From Felis catus (taxonomy: Eukaryota): a DNA stretch of 64,000 nt. The notes beneath the pieces were generated by a model, which was not told the DNA's origin, did no database searches, and worked only from the letters and a program-made list of their open reading frames with translations. The stretch spans positions 57,166,001 to 57,230,000 of the forward strand of contig NC_058368.1 in the NCBI RefSeq assembly GCF_018350175.1, read 5' to 3'. Numbering within the stretch: position 1 is the first letter of the stretch; the number at the start of each line of letters is the position of its first letter. The translations under genes were made by a program, and so were the position numbers. This document shows positions 62,810 through 64,000 of the stretch, in pieces.

Positions 62810-63725
62810 AATAAAAGACTAATGATGAATTCCAAGTCTGTATTTTCTCCCTAAACTACTCCAGAACTCCACAGTCCCATATCCAACAACGTACCTGGAA
62901 TATGTAAATAGGCATCTCAAAGTCATCATGTTCCAAATCCAGCTCTGACACCTAATACTTGCTTCCTCCAGATTTCCCTTCTCAATAAAAGATACCACCA
63001 TCAAATCGTCTGAAAAAAGAAAACACACACACACTCACACATGCACACACACACACTCACGTACAAGTATTTTTTCTACCTTCACTAATGTCTGCTCCAA
63101 TATGGAGTTCTGTTGACACCAAAAGATACCCCCCAGCTGTCCACTTCTGTCCATCTCCCCTCCTGCCTCTATTGTACAAGATATCATCATGTTTATCCCA
63201 AACTCCAACAGCAGCTCTTTGCCTTCGTATAATTCATTCTCACTAAACAAGTCAAAATGGATATTTAAATATACTGCTTGAATCATAACACTTGGCTGCT
63301 TAAAACTCTCTGTTATACTTAAAATCCAAATACTTTGCTATGGCTTATAAGGCATTATCCATTTTCTGTCTCTCCAGTTTCAGCTCTGTCTGTGGTCAGA
63401 TACCAGCCATTCTAGTCTTCTTTCTAGTCCTCAAACATTCCATGCACATTTTAAAATCAGGATGTTTTGTACTTGATGTCTTATTTGCCAGGATCTCTCA
63501 GCTCCAAATCTTCAAATGATTGTCTGTTACCATTTTCACTCACCAGTTCATGCATTATCTCAGATAGAACTTTCATGATCATCCTAAAGAAAAGAGATCA
63601 TCAGCCCCTTTCCTATTTCATTTCATTCATGACTCTTCATTATTCAAATTTATCTTAACTGCTTTTTTTGTTTTGTTTTCTGTAATACCCTATAGAATGT
63701 AAATTCAAGTGAGCAGAAATCTAGT
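62810..63725 (+). mobile_element. L2 3' region
   Basis: AGGCATCTCAAAGTCATCATGTTCCAAA; CTGCTTAAAACTCT; TAGAATGTAAATTCAAGTGAGCAG. Confidence 0.8.
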
Positions 63726-64000
63726 CTGTTTCCTTTAGATTTAGATCCTCTGCGTAAGTACCTGTCATATAGCTGGTAATCAGATGAATACATGAAATAC
63801 ATGTTGAATCAATCAAAGTAAAATTTCCATCATCCATAGTTGTTTTTCTTTTTTTGTTTTTGCTTTTGTTTTCTGAATTTGTCATGATTAAGATGTATCT
63901 CCCCAACACCAATGCAGTGTTGCCTCCTTAAACAATTGTGTTAGTCTTGACGAATACACTATTATAAAGGCCGTGGTCAAAATATTTCTCAGTCATGGTT

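Noticed and set aside
3997..63804. 18-mer AATACATGAAATACATGT at both 3997 and 63787
   Set aside because: Internally repetitive, AT-rich and without flanking similarity; most likely coincidence
879..63912. The ORFs in the supplied six-frame track as protein-coding genes
   Set aside because: All are 154 aa or shorter. Many are SINE translations (GAWVAQSV..., GLCADSSEPGACF), microsatellite runs (YIYI, HTHT, CVCV) or TE fragments. None resembles a cellular protein, and a prokaryote-style ORF scan does not suit mammalian DNA.
1..64000. Dispersed ~200-bp repeats as a CRISPR array or tRNA gene cluster
   Set aside because: They are tRNA-derived Can-SINEs with CT tracts, A tails and TSDs. There is no regular repeat-spacer period and no full cloverleaf.

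Overview
AT-rich, CpG-poor, essentially non-coding mammalian DNA from a felid. About 31 carnivore tRNA-derived Can-SINEs are present, including four near-consensus cat-type (SINEC_Fc) copies and a cat-type L1 3' end. I can support no protein-coding gene, and the supplied ORFs are SINE, microsatellite or chance frames. The largest structure is a ~9.7 kb two-LTR MER34-like ERV1 provirus at 20439-30142. It has a tRNA-Arg PBS, a PPT and a decayed gag capsid remnant, with no recognisable pol or env, and it carries a nested solo LTR, five SINEs and an L1. The rest is old L2/MIR/L1M/MaLR/hAT fossils, microsatellites and a few repeat-free, motif-rich stretches that may be enhancers. The most unusual signal is a set of fold-back inverted duplications beside (TA)n or AT-rich tracts. 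The best case is an 86-bp near-perfect hairpin at 8900-9322 whose right arm was later split by a young SINE. I found no convincing new gene system. Repeat family names are from recognition by eye, not a database search, and boundaries of old repeats are approximate.
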